From contig DATECS010000365.1 of assembly GCA_035286785.1 (NCBI GenBank), positions 1 to 19,035 of the forward strand: a DNA stretch of 19,035 nt, in the 5' to 3' direction. The notes beneath the pieces are model-generated. The model was not told where the DNA came from. It saw only the letters and a list, made by a program, of their open reading frames with translations, and searched no databases. This document shows, one piece after another, positions 7,061 to 14,567 of the stretch (positions within the stretch are counted from its first letter, which is position 1; every line of letters starts with the position of its first letter). Made by a program: the position numbers and the translations under genes. This DNA comes from Thermoguttaceae bacterium. Lineage in GTDB: Bacteria > Planctomycetota > Planctomycetia > Pirellulales > Thermoguttaceae.

Positions 7061-9175
7061 GTGAAAGTACGTGTTGAAAAGCAGATTGGCGCCTCGGTCC
7101 TCTCGTTCGAGACGGGCCTGTTGGCGAAGCAAGCGGCGGGGAGTTGTTTGGTGCAGTATGGTGATACGGTCGTCTTGTGTACCGCGAGCACGGGCCCGCC
7201 GCGGGTCGGAATCGACTTCTTCCCGTTGTCGTGCGATTATCGCGAGCGAGTGGCGGCGGCCGGGAAGTTTCCGGGCGGATTTTTGAAGCGCGAGGGGCGT
7301 CCGACGATGAAGGAGACGCTTACCGCGCGGCTGATGGACCGGCCCATTCGTCCGTTGTTTCCCGAGTGGTTCCACGACGAGGTGCAGTGCCAGGCGTTCG
7401 TGCTGGCCAGCGATCGGCAGAACGACGGCGACGTGTTGGCGATGACCGGGGCGTCCACGGCCTTGACCCTCTCGCCCTTGCCGTTCCAGGGACCGTTGGC
7501 GTCCGTGCGATTGGGCTACGTCGACGGCGAGTTCATCCCCTTCCCGACGCAGGACGACCTTGAGACGAGCGAGTTGGACCTGATCGTCTCGGGCAGCAAG
7601 GAAGCCGTGTTGATGATCGAGGGTTTTGCCCGCGAACTGCCCGAGGACGTGATGGCCGCGGCCGTCGTGAAGGCCCACGAGTACATCCGCCAGATTTGCG
7701 ACCTGCAAATCGAATTAGCCCGGAAGGCCAATGCCCAAAAGGCCCAGTACGAAATTCCCGAACCGGACGCGCTTCCCTCGACACTCCGCGCGAAATACTA
7801 TGACGCGCTTTATGCGGCCAAGCGGACCGAAGGTAAGCTGGCCCGGGCCGAAGCGTGCGACGCGGTGAAGAAGCGTGCGATCGCGGAAATGATTCCCGAC
7901 CCGGCGGCGGAAGGGGCGATCCATTCGGCCCATTTCTCCTCGGTCTGGCACGGGCTGGAAGAGATTGTGGTGCGCGATCAGATTCTCTCGGGCACGCGGC
8001 CAGACGGTCGCGGCTACCGGGATCTCCGCGAGATCACGTGCGAGGTGGACGTGTTGCCTCGGGTACATGGCTCGGCCCTGTTTCAACGGGGCGAGACCCA
8101 GTCGCTGGTCACGGTGACCTTGGGCACCGGCCGCGACGAGCAGCGGGTCGACGGCTTGATCGAGGAATACACCAAGAAATTCATGCTCGACTATTACTTC
8201 CCGCCGTTCTCGGTCGGCGAGGTGCGGCCCATCCGCGGACCGGGCCGGCGCGAAATCGGCCACGGGGCCCTGGCCGAGCGGAGCGTCAAGCCGGTGCTGC
8301 CCGAGCCCGACGAGTTCCCCTATACGATTCGGGTGATTTCCGACATTCTGGAATCGAACGGTTCGAGTTCGATGGCCAGCGTGTGCGCCGCGACGCTTGG
8401 GCTGATGGCGGCCGGCGTGCCGATCAGCAATCCGGTGGCGGGCATCTCCGTCGGGTTGGTGAAGAAGGACGACAAATGGGTTTTGTTGACCGACATCATC
8501 GGCGACGAGGACCATTTCGGCGACATGGATTTCAAGATCGCGGGGACGCAAAAAGGCATCACCGGCATTCAGCTCGATCTGAAGACCAACGGGATCAGCG
8601 AGGAGATTATTCGGGCCACGCTCGTCCAATCGCGCGAGGCGCGGATCGAAATTCTCCGCAAGATGCTCACGACCATCTCGCGGCCGAAGCCGGAGATTTC
8701 CTCGTGGGCACCGCGGCTGTTGCGCACGAAGATCGATCCCGAGAAGATCGGCCTGCTGATCGGACCGGGCGGCAAAACGATCCGGGCGATTCAGGAATCG
8801 ACCGGCGCGTCGATCGACGTCGAGGACGACGGCACGGTGATGATTGCCTCGACCGACGCGGAGGCAGCCCAGCAGGCCCTGGCCCAGGTCGAGGCGTTGA
8901 CCGCCTCGGTCGAAGTCGGGCGGATTTATCACGGCCGCGTGACCAGCGTGAAGGATTTCGGCGCGTTTATCGAGATTCTGCCCGGCAAGGACGGGCTGTG
9001 CCACATCAGCGAGCTGGCCGAAGGCTACGTCGCCAGCGTGGGCGACGTCTGCAAGGTCGGCGACAAGATGGACGTGAAGGTGATCTTGGTCGACGAGCAG
9101 GACCGCGTGAAGCTCAGCCGCAAGGCGGCCATCGCCGAAGCGGCCAAGGCCGGCGGCAACGCCAACGGACAGTAA
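7061..9175 (+). CDS. pnp: Polyribonucleotide nucleotidyltransferase (PNPase)
   Basis: 704 aa with a GTG start following AAGGTAGG. It has two RNase PH-like domains (GRREIGHGALAERS...FKIAGT), KH and S1 domains (GRIYHGRVTSVKDFGAFIEILPGKDGLCHISEL) and an Ala/Gly/Asn-rich C-terminus. Confidence 0.95.
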   Translation: MKVRVEKQIGASVLSFETGLLAKQAAGSCLVQYGDTVVLCTASTGPPRVGIDFFPLSCDYRERVAAAGKFPGGFLKREGRPTMKETLTARLMDRPIRPLFPEWFHDEVQCQAFVLASDRQNDGDVLAMTGASTALTLSPLPFQGPLASVRLGYVDGEFIPFPTQDDLETSELDLIVSGSKEAVLMIEGFARELPEDVMAAAVVKAHEYIRQICDLQIELARKANAQKAQYEIPEPDALPSTLRAKYYDALYAAKRTEGKLARAEACDAVKKRAIAEMIPDPAAEGAIHSAHFSSVWHGLEEIVVRDQILSGTRPDGRGYRDLREITCEVDVLPRVHGSALFQRGETQSLVTVTLGTGRDEQRVDGLIEEYTKKFMLDYYFPPFSVGEVRPIRGPGRREIGHGALAERSVKPVLPEPDEFPYTIRVISDILESNGSSSMASVCAATLGLMAAGVPISNPVAGISVGLVKKDDKWVLLTDIIGDEDHFGDMDFKIAGTQKGITGIQLDLKTNGISEEIIRATLVQSREARIEILRKMLTTISRPKPEISSWAPRLLRTKIDPEKIGLLIGPGGKTIRAIQESTGASIDVEDDGTVMIASTDAEAAQQALAQVEALTASVEVGRIYHGRVTSVKDFGAFIEILPGKDGLCHISELAEGYVASVGDVCKVGDKMDVKVILVDEQDRVKLSRKAAIAEAAKAGGNANGQ

Positions 9176-9198
9176 GCAGCTTTTTTTAGCGGATAGCT

Positions 9199-9345
9199 CA
9201 CCACGGAGACACGGAGAGCACGGAGAAAGAGGGAACCGCGGATGAACGCGGATAAACGCAGATAAAGATCAAAAAACTATCTGTTGTTCATTTGTGTTCA
9301 TCCGTGGTCTCAAAAATCTCTGTGTCCTTCGCGCTCTCCGTGGTG
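9199..9345. repeat. 147-bp imperfect palindromic intergenic element with terminal inverted repeats CACCACGGAGA / TCTCCGTGGTG, flanked by T-runs (terminator-like)
   Basis: The left arm (9199-9253) and the reverse complement of the right arm share the 11-bp termini and an inner CCGCGGATGAAC / CCACGGATGAAC block. A T7 run follows at 9346-9352 and another T7 run precedes at 9181-9187. The left 55 bp recur at 16066..16120. Confidence 0.6.
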
Positions 9346-9425
9346 TTTTTTTATGGTTCGCGGAGACGTTGAAATCCTTTGCGTCCTTTGCGTCTTCGCG
9401 GTGAAAAAAGAGACAACCACGAAGC

Positions 9426-10163
9426 ATGGCCGATTCCGACCGATTCCCGTCCGACGTGAATCAGAAACTGGTCGATCAATATCACGAGATCGCCCGGCTG
9501 GCCGGCGGGCTTGCGCATGAGATCAAAAACCCGCTGTCCACGATCCGGCTCAACATGGAGTTGCTGGCCGAGGATCTCACCGGGAGCGATTCGGCCAGGG
9601 ACCAACGGGCATTGCGCAAGGTGCAAGTGGTCGAGCGCGAATGTCAGCGGCTGCAAGACTTGTTGGACAATTTTCTTAACTACACGAAGTCGCGCGAGCT
9701 GCGGCGGGAACCAGCCAGTCTGAACGACCAGATCGAGCGGGTGTTGGATTTTTTCCGGCCCCAGGCGAAAGAGGCGGGCATCGAACTGGCCACGTACCTT
9801 TCGCCCGACTTGCCGACCGTGCTTCTGGATCGCGAGGCGTTCCATGGCGCCCTGTTGAATCTGGTGCTCAACGCCCAGCAGGCGGTCGCCGCCGGCGGGC
9901 AGATCGTCGTGCGGACCTACGCCACGTCGGACGGCGTGGCGATGGACCTGATCGACACGGGCTGCGGCATGGACGAGGACACGCGGGGGCGGATTTTCGA
10001 CGCCTTTTTCTCGACCAAAAGCGGCGGCTCGGGGCTGGGGTTGCCGACCACGCGAAAAATCGTCGAGGCCCACGGGGGCGAAATCAGTGTCCAAAGCGAG
10101 CCGGGCCACGGGACGCAGTTTACGATCAAGCTGCCGGTGCCGGCGAGGATCAGCGGGCAGTAG
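9426..10163 (+). CDS. Cytoplasmic sensor histidine kinase (HisKA + HATPase_c only, no TM or sensor domain)
   Basis: 245 aa. H-box: [13 protein letters not shown]-box: [10 protein letters not shown]-boxes: DTGCGM and GGSGLGL. It has no hydrophobic segments. Confidence 0.85.
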   Translation: MADSDRFPSDVNQKLVDQYHEIARLAGGLAHEIKNPLSTIRLNMELLAEDLTGSDSARDQRALRKVQVVERECQRLQDLLDNFLNYTKSRELRREPASLNDQIERVLDFFRPQAKEAGIELATYLSPDLPTVLLDREAFHGALLNLVLNAQQAVAAGGQIVVRTYATSDGVAMDLIDTGCGMDEDTRGRIFDAFFSTKSGGSGLGLPTTRKIVEAHGGEISVQSEPGHGTQFTIKLPVPARISGQ

Positions 10164-10231
10164 GCAGCGGGCAGAGGGCAGCAGGCAGAGGGCAGAGGCG
10201 GCCACGACGGAGCGTGGCCCTCCATACGCTC

Positions 10232-10291
10232 GTAGGGTGGGCATCGCCCACCGAAGAATCCTTATGTCTTGGTGGGCGGTGCCCACCCTAC
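10232..10291. repeat. Inverted pair of GTAGGG-headed palindromic units (BIME-like) between the kinase and regulator genes
   Basis: GTAGGGTGGGCATCGCCCACC lies at 10232-10252. The reverse complement of 10271-10291 is GTAGGGTGGGCACCGCCCACC. Each unit has a GGTGGGC/GCCCACC stem. An 18-nt spacer separates them and contains the ATG at 10264. Confidence 0.75.
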
Positions 10292-10305
10292 TCATCTCTT
10301 GGGCG

Positions 10306-11742
10306 ATGTTGTATCATCAGCGCATGGTTCGAAAAGACTCCGAATCGCCTAAGTCCGATTCCCAACCGGCCGTCTTGACGCCGCCGGTCGAGGTGCTGAT
10401 CGTCGATAACGAAAAATCCCACGCCGAAGTGGTGGCCGAAGGACTCGAACGGGTGGGATTTCACTGCCAGGTGGCTACTTCCGGCACCCAAGGAACCCGG
10501 ATGATCGAGTCGGGCGACTATGATATAATAGTTACTGACTTGATGATGAATGATATCGACGGGCTGGGCATTCTCGATCGGGCCAAGGAGTCACTGCCCG
10601 AGTGCGAAGTGATTCTGATGACGGGCCACGGGACGATCCCCTCGGCGGTCGAGGCGATACGGCGCGGGGCGTTCAACTATCTGTTGAAGCCGCTCAAGAT
10701 TGACCAGCTTCGGGCGGTGGTCCAGAAGGCGGCCGAGAGCGGCGCGTTGCGGCGCGACAACCTCGAGCTGAAGCGGCGGCTCGACGAGAAGTACGGCTTC
10801 GAGGGCGTCGTGGGGGCCAGCCGCCAGATGCGCGACGTGATCGAGCGGCTCAAGCGAATCGCCCCGACCGACGCCACCGTGTTGATCCAAGGCGAGACGG
10901 GCACCGGCAAGGAGCTGGTCGCCCAGTCGATCCACCAGAACAGTCCGCGGAAGAACAAGCCGTTCGTGGCGTTGAACTGCGCCGCGTTGAGCGAGAACAT
11001 TTTGGAGAGCGAGCTGTTCGGCCACATCAAGGGCGCGTTCACCGACGCTTCGGCCGATCGGGTGGGCAAGTTCGAGTATGCCCACGGCGGGACCATGTTT
11101 CTGGACGAAGTGGGCGACATGCCCATGCCGACCCAGATCAAGCTGCTCCGCGTGCTGGAAAACGGCGAGATTACGCGGGTCGGCTCGAACACGCCCATCC
11201 GGGTGAACGTGCGGGTGCTGTCGGCCACCAACCAAAGTCTCGAAGACGCGATCCGCGACGGGGCGTTTCGCAGCGATCTGTATCATCGGCTCAAGGTTGT
11301 GTCGATCCGGCTGCCGACCTTGCGCGAACGGGCCGAGGACATCCCGGTGCTGATCGACCACTTCATCCGCGAGTTCGCCGCGCGTCACGACAAGCGGATC
11401 AAGGGCATGTCGCCCGCGGCGCGGCGGAGATTGCTCGCCTACGACTGGCCGGGCAACGTTCGCCAGTTGCGCAACATGATCGAGAGCATGGTGGTGGTCG
11501 ATTATGATGGGTTGTTGGACCTGGACGATTTGCCCGAGGAATTGGCCGAGCCGGCGAGCCCCACCGAGCCTGTGGCCGGGACTACTTTGACTCATCTGGT
11601 CGGCAAATCATTGGACGAGATGGAGCGTCTTTTTATCACCGAGACCCTCAACGTTGCCGGCGGGAATCGTGAAGAGGCGGCGAACATGCTAGGAATTGGC
11701 GAGAGGACATTGTATCGGAAGATCAAGGAGTTTGGGATTTAG
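10306..11742 (+). CDS. Sigma-54-dependent response regulator, NtrC family (REC + AAA+ sigma54 activator + Fis-type HTH)
   Basis: REC domain: VLIVDNE...IIVTDLMM. Walker A: [14 protein letters not shown] motif is present. Arg finger: RSDLYHR. C-terminal HTH: [20 protein letters not shown]. The start is uncertain. The ORF extends to 10087, but 10264 would translate through the palindromic repeats, so I take ATG 10306 (10324 is an alternative). The end is firm. Confidence 0.85.
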   Translation: MLYHQRMVRKDSESPKSDSQPAVLTPPVEVLIVDNEKSHAEVVAEGLERVGFHCQVATSGTQGTRMIESGDYDIIVTDLMMNDIDGLGILDRAKESLPECEVILMTGHGTIPSAVEAIRRGAFNYLLKPLKIDQLRAVVQKAAESGALRRDNLELKRRLDEKYGFEGVVGASRQMRDVIERLKRIAPTDATVLIQGETGTGKELVAQSIHQNSPRKNKPFVALNCAALSENILESELFGHIKGAFTDASADRVGKFEYAHGGTMFLDEVGDMPMPTQIKLLRVLENGEITRVGSNTPIRVNVRVLSATNQSLEDAIRDGAFRSDLYHRLKVVSIRLPTLRERAEDIPVLIDHFIREFAARHDKRIKGMSPAARRRLLAYDWPGNVRQLRNMIESMVVVDYDGLLDLDDLPEELAEPASPTEPVAGTTLTHLVGKSLDEMERLFITETLNVAGGNREEAANMLGIGERTLYRKIKEFGI

Positions 11743-11883
11743 GGAGGCAGCATTGATTCGTTTACTACTGTAAAGAAGACAGGATTAACAAGATGAACAG
11801 GATGTTGGAGATACATGCTATTGATGACCCTATATCAAAATTCCATCTTGTGAATCTTGTAAATCCTGTCCAATAGACAGCAT

Positions 11884-11907
11884 GATGCGTGCAAGCACGC
11901 ATCCTAC
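11884..11907 (-). repeat. 24-bp GTAGG-headed palindrome, copy 1 (GTAGGATGCGTGCTTGCACGCATC read on the minus strand)
   Basis: GATGCGTGC/GCACGCATC forms a 9-bp stem. A second copy lies at 16123..16146 in plus orientation with one mismatch. Confidence 0.75.
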
Positions 11908-11912
11908 AGTTT

Positions 11913-11961
11913 CTCCAATCTCCAATCCCTAATCCCCAATCCCCAATCCCTCTCCTTCCCC
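11913..11961 (+). repeat. Tandem heptamer tract CAATCTC-CAATCCC-TAATCCC-CAATCCC-CAATCCC, then CTCTCCTTCCCC, abutting the mutL ATG
   Basis: Direct reading of the sequence. It is the C-rich complement of the GGATTAG array at 18903..19014. There is no SD motif before the ATG at 11962. Confidence 0.85.
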
Positions 11962-13872
11962 ATGCGTATCCACCGTCTTTCCCAAGCCTTGATCAACAAA
12001 ATCGCCGCGGGCGAGGTGATTGAGCGGCCGGCGAGCGTGGTGAAGGAGTTGATGGAGAACGCGGTGGACGCGGGGGCCACTCGGATTCACGTTGCCGTGA
12101 CGGGCGGCGGGGGCGAGATGATTCGCGTGGTGGACAATGGGTGCGGGATCGCGCCGGGCGAGTTGGAGTTGGCACTGACGGCCCATGCCACGAGCAAGCT
12201 TCAGGATGCCGACGATCTGTTTCGTGTGGGCACGCTGGGGTTTCGCGGCGAGGCCCTGGCGTCGATCGCCGAGGTGAGCCATCTGACCCTGCGGAGTCGC
12301 ACGGCGGACGACCCGGAGGGCGCCCAGATCGAAGCGAACGGCGGGCGGCTTTCCGACGTGAGTCCGTGCGGCACGCCGGTGGGCACGACGATCGAGGTCC
12401 GCAATCTGTTCTTCAACATGCCGGTCCGTCGCAAGGGGCTTCGCGCGGCGGCGACCGAGTTGGGCCACGTCAAGGAGACCTTCACGCGGATCGCCCTGGC
12501 GCTGCCGCAGATCGACTTCACGCTCGCGCACAACGACCGGCCCGTGTTCGAATTGTCGGGCACCGATCGCTGGCGCGACCGGATCGCCACGTTTTTCGGG
12601 CGCGAGCTGGCCGAGAACCTCATTTGGGTCGAAAGCAGCCAGGACGACGTGCAATTGTCGGGCTACGTGGCCCATCCGAGCCACAGCCGGGCCGACAACC
12701 GGATGCAGTACCTGTTCCTCAACTGCCGGTATATCCGCGACCGGTCGTTGCAGCACGCGCTGCGCGAGGCTTATCGGGGGCTGTTGTTGTCGGGCCGGTT
12801 TCCGATCGCTTTCTTGAACCTGGCCATGCCGCCCGAGGCGGTGGACGTAAACGTCCACCCGACGAAGATCGAGGTGCGATTCCACGACGCGGGCCGGCAC
12901 TATGGGCAGTTGCTTTCGACGTTGCGGACGAAGTTTCTTTCGACCGATCTGCACGTTCGCGTGCGGGGCGAGTCGGAAGACCCGACGGGCACGGTGGACG
13001 AACGGCACGCGGCGGCCCTGCGCGAGCAGTTGGTCGGCTGGGCCAAGGGCAAGACGGCCCAATGGGACGTGGACGCGGCCGACGAGGGCGAGCCGGACGT
13101 GCAACGGTCGTTCGAGGTCGGCGGCGAGTCCGAACGACGATTGGAAATGACGCGGCTCGATCGGGCGTGGGCGCCGGCCGGAGCGGGACACGGCGGCGGG
13201 AGAAGGCCCGACCGGCGAGAGGACGTCGCGCCGTGGGACGCGGGCGAATCGGACGAGGCCGCGCGCGCCGTCGCGCCGGGTCAATCGCCGCCCGTGGGGA
13301 GTTCGCCTCGGGCCGTGCAGGTCCACAATCGCTATTTGGTGACCGAGAATGAAGAGGGACTGGTCGTGTTCGACCAGCACGCGCTGCACGAGCGGATTCT
13401 CTACGAGCAGTTGCGCGCGAGGGTCGGCGCGAGCCAACTGGAGACGCAGAGCCTGCTGGTGCCCGAGCCGGTCGATTTGAGCGCGGCCGAAGCGGCGGCC
13501 GTGGTTGAGCATCGAGAGACGCTCTCGCGGCTGGGCATGAGCGTCGAGCCGTTCGGCGGCGACACGGTGCTGATCTCGGGCTATCCGGCCATGCTGGCCA
13601 ATCTGCCGCCGGGCGAGGTGCTCCGCGAGTTGCTCGGGCCGCTGATGACCGCCGGCCACGAAGTGAAACCCGACGAGTTGCTCGACGACCTGTTGCACAC
13701 GATCGCGTGCAAGGCGGCCATCAAGGCGGGCGACCGGCTCGCGCCGGAGGAGATCACGTCGCTGTTGGACCAGCGCCATCTGGTCGATCATGCTCACCAC
13801 TGCCCCCACGGGCGGCCGACGGCGCTGGTCTTCACGCGGGAGGAGTTGGACAAACGGTTTAGGAGGACGTGA
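11962..13872 (+). CDS. mutL: DNA mismatch repair protein MutL (endonuclease-type)
   Basis: 636 aa. The N-terminal GHKL ATPase has LINKIAAGEVIERPASVVKELMENAVDAG. The C-terminal endonuclease motif is FDQHALHERILYEQL and the conserved CPHGRP is present. Confidence 0.95.
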   Translation: MRIHRLSQALINKIAAGEVIERPASVVKELMENAVDAGATRIHVAVTGGGGEMIRVVDNGCGIAPGELELALTAHATSKLQDADDLFRVGTLGFRGEALASIAEVSHLTLRSRTADDPEGAQIEANGGRLSDVSPCGTPVGTTIEVRNLFFNMPVRRKGLRAAATELGHVKETFTRIALALPQIDFTLAHNDRPVFELSGTDRWRDRIATFFGRELAENLIWVESSQDDVQLSGYVAHPSHSRADNRMQYLFLNCRYIRDRSLQHALREAYRGLLLSGRFPIAFLNLAMPPEAVDVNVHPTKIEVRFHDAGRHYGQLLSTLRTKFLSTDLHVRVRGESEDPTGTVDERHAAALREQLVGWAKGKTAQWDVDAADEGEPDVQRSFEVGGESERRLEMTRLDRAWAPAGAGHGGGRRPDRREDVAPWDAGESDEAARAVAPGQSPPVGSSPRAVQVHNRYLVTENEEGLVVFDQHALHERILYEQLRARVGASQLETQSLLVPEPVDLSAAEAAAVVEHRETLSRLGMSVEPFGGDTVLISGYPAMLANLPPGEVLRELLGPLMTAGHEVKPDELLDDLLHTIACKAAIKAGDRLAPEEITSLLDQRHLVDHAHHCPHGRPTALVFTREELDKRFRRT

Positions 13873-13891
13873 GGGGAGGGATAGGGGATTG

Positions 13892-14476
13892 ATGGATTGC
13901 TGTCATTCGCGGAACCATTCACGCCGCTGGTATCAATTCACCCTGATACACCTCTTTGTCCTGACACTGCTTGCAAGCCTCGTTTTGAGTTGTTGCTCCA
14001 CTGCATACCGCAAAGCAAGAAGGGAACGTGCCGCGGCGGAGAAACTCTTGGGCATGGGAGCGTTGATTGACACCTGGGTCGGCTGGCAAGAGATCATTTT
14101 TGGCGAGGATTATGCTCCCATCGTGCAAGTCAAACTTCGCGGCGTACAAGACATCCACGTAGCGATGAAGTATTTGGAGCCATTGACCCATATCGAGGAC
14201 TTGTGCTTGGACGGGACTTCCGTTACCGATGGCGATCTCGAATGCATCCAAAACATGAAAAGCCTCGTGTCATTGGACCTCAGCAACAACCCGATAACCG
14301 ATGCAGGCTTGGAGCGTCTGGAGCGTCTCACGAGGCTTCGCTTCTTGACGCTCGACAACACCCAAACCACAGACGCGGGCGTGAAGCGTCTTTGCCGAAA
14401 GCTGCCACGTCTCCAGGTAAAGAGGGCGTCAGCCAAGGCAAATCCGCCGTGTCCCAACAGTTCCTCTGTCCCGTGA
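13892..14476 (+). CDS. Small leucine-rich-repeat (LRR) protein with an N-terminal TM anchor; compositionally atypical (about 50% GC)
   Basis: The ATG at 13892 follows GGGGAGGG. The TM segment is FTLIHLFVLTLLASLVLSCC. The LRR units are LDLSNNPITDAGLERLERLTRLRFLTLDNTQTTDAGVKRL. The codons are A/T-rich compared with the neighbouring genes. Confidence 0.6.
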   Translation: MDCCHSRNHSRRWYQFTLIHLFVLTLLASLVLSCCSTAYRKARRERAAAEKLLGMGALIDTWVGWQEIIFGEDYAPIVQVKLRGVQDIHVAMKYLEPLTHIEDLCLDGTSVTDGDLECIQNMKSLVSLDLSNNPITDAGLERLERLTRLRFLTLDNTQTTDAGVKRLCRKLPRLQVKRASAKANPPCPNSSSVP

Positions 14477-14508
14477 TTCAGATCCTTTCCCGCGATTTCA
14501 CCGTGTTG

Positions 14509-14514
14509 TATAAT
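14509..14514 (+). promoter_or_regulatory. TATAAT -10 hexamer upstream of aroD/E
   Basis: Exact TATAAT with TG directly upstream. No convincing -35 element was found. Confidence 0.25.
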
Positions 14515-14567
14515 GACAGAGTATTCTTTTTTTGGCTCTCAACTCTCGACCCTGGACTCTCGACTCC

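Noticed and set aside
6337-9189. ORFs 6337..7005 (-), 6908..7708 (-), 7715..9004 (-) and 7855..9189 (+)
   Set aside because: They overlap rpsO/pnp on the opposite strand or in an alternative frame. The pnp and rpsO calls are unambiguous.
9284-9520. 78-aa ORF spanning the palindromic element and the kinase start
   Set aside because: It is encoded by the repeat element, overlaps the kinase start in another frame and has no RBS.
10164-10200. GGCAGAGGGCAG-type direct repeats immediately after the kinase stop codon
   Set aside because: They are very short and low-complexity with only about 2.5 copies. They cannot be told apart from chance in GC-rich DNA.
10264-10305. ATG 10264 as the response-regulator start
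   Set aside because: It would translate the palindromic GTAGGG repeat (SWWAVPTLL) and the start lies inside the BIME-like element. The downstream ATGs at 10306 and 10324 still leave a normal REC domain.
9351-11595. ORFs 9351..10295 (-) and 10591..11595 (-)
   Set aside because: They are antisense to the histidine kinase and the sigma-54 regulator and have low-complexity Arg/Gly/Pro composition.
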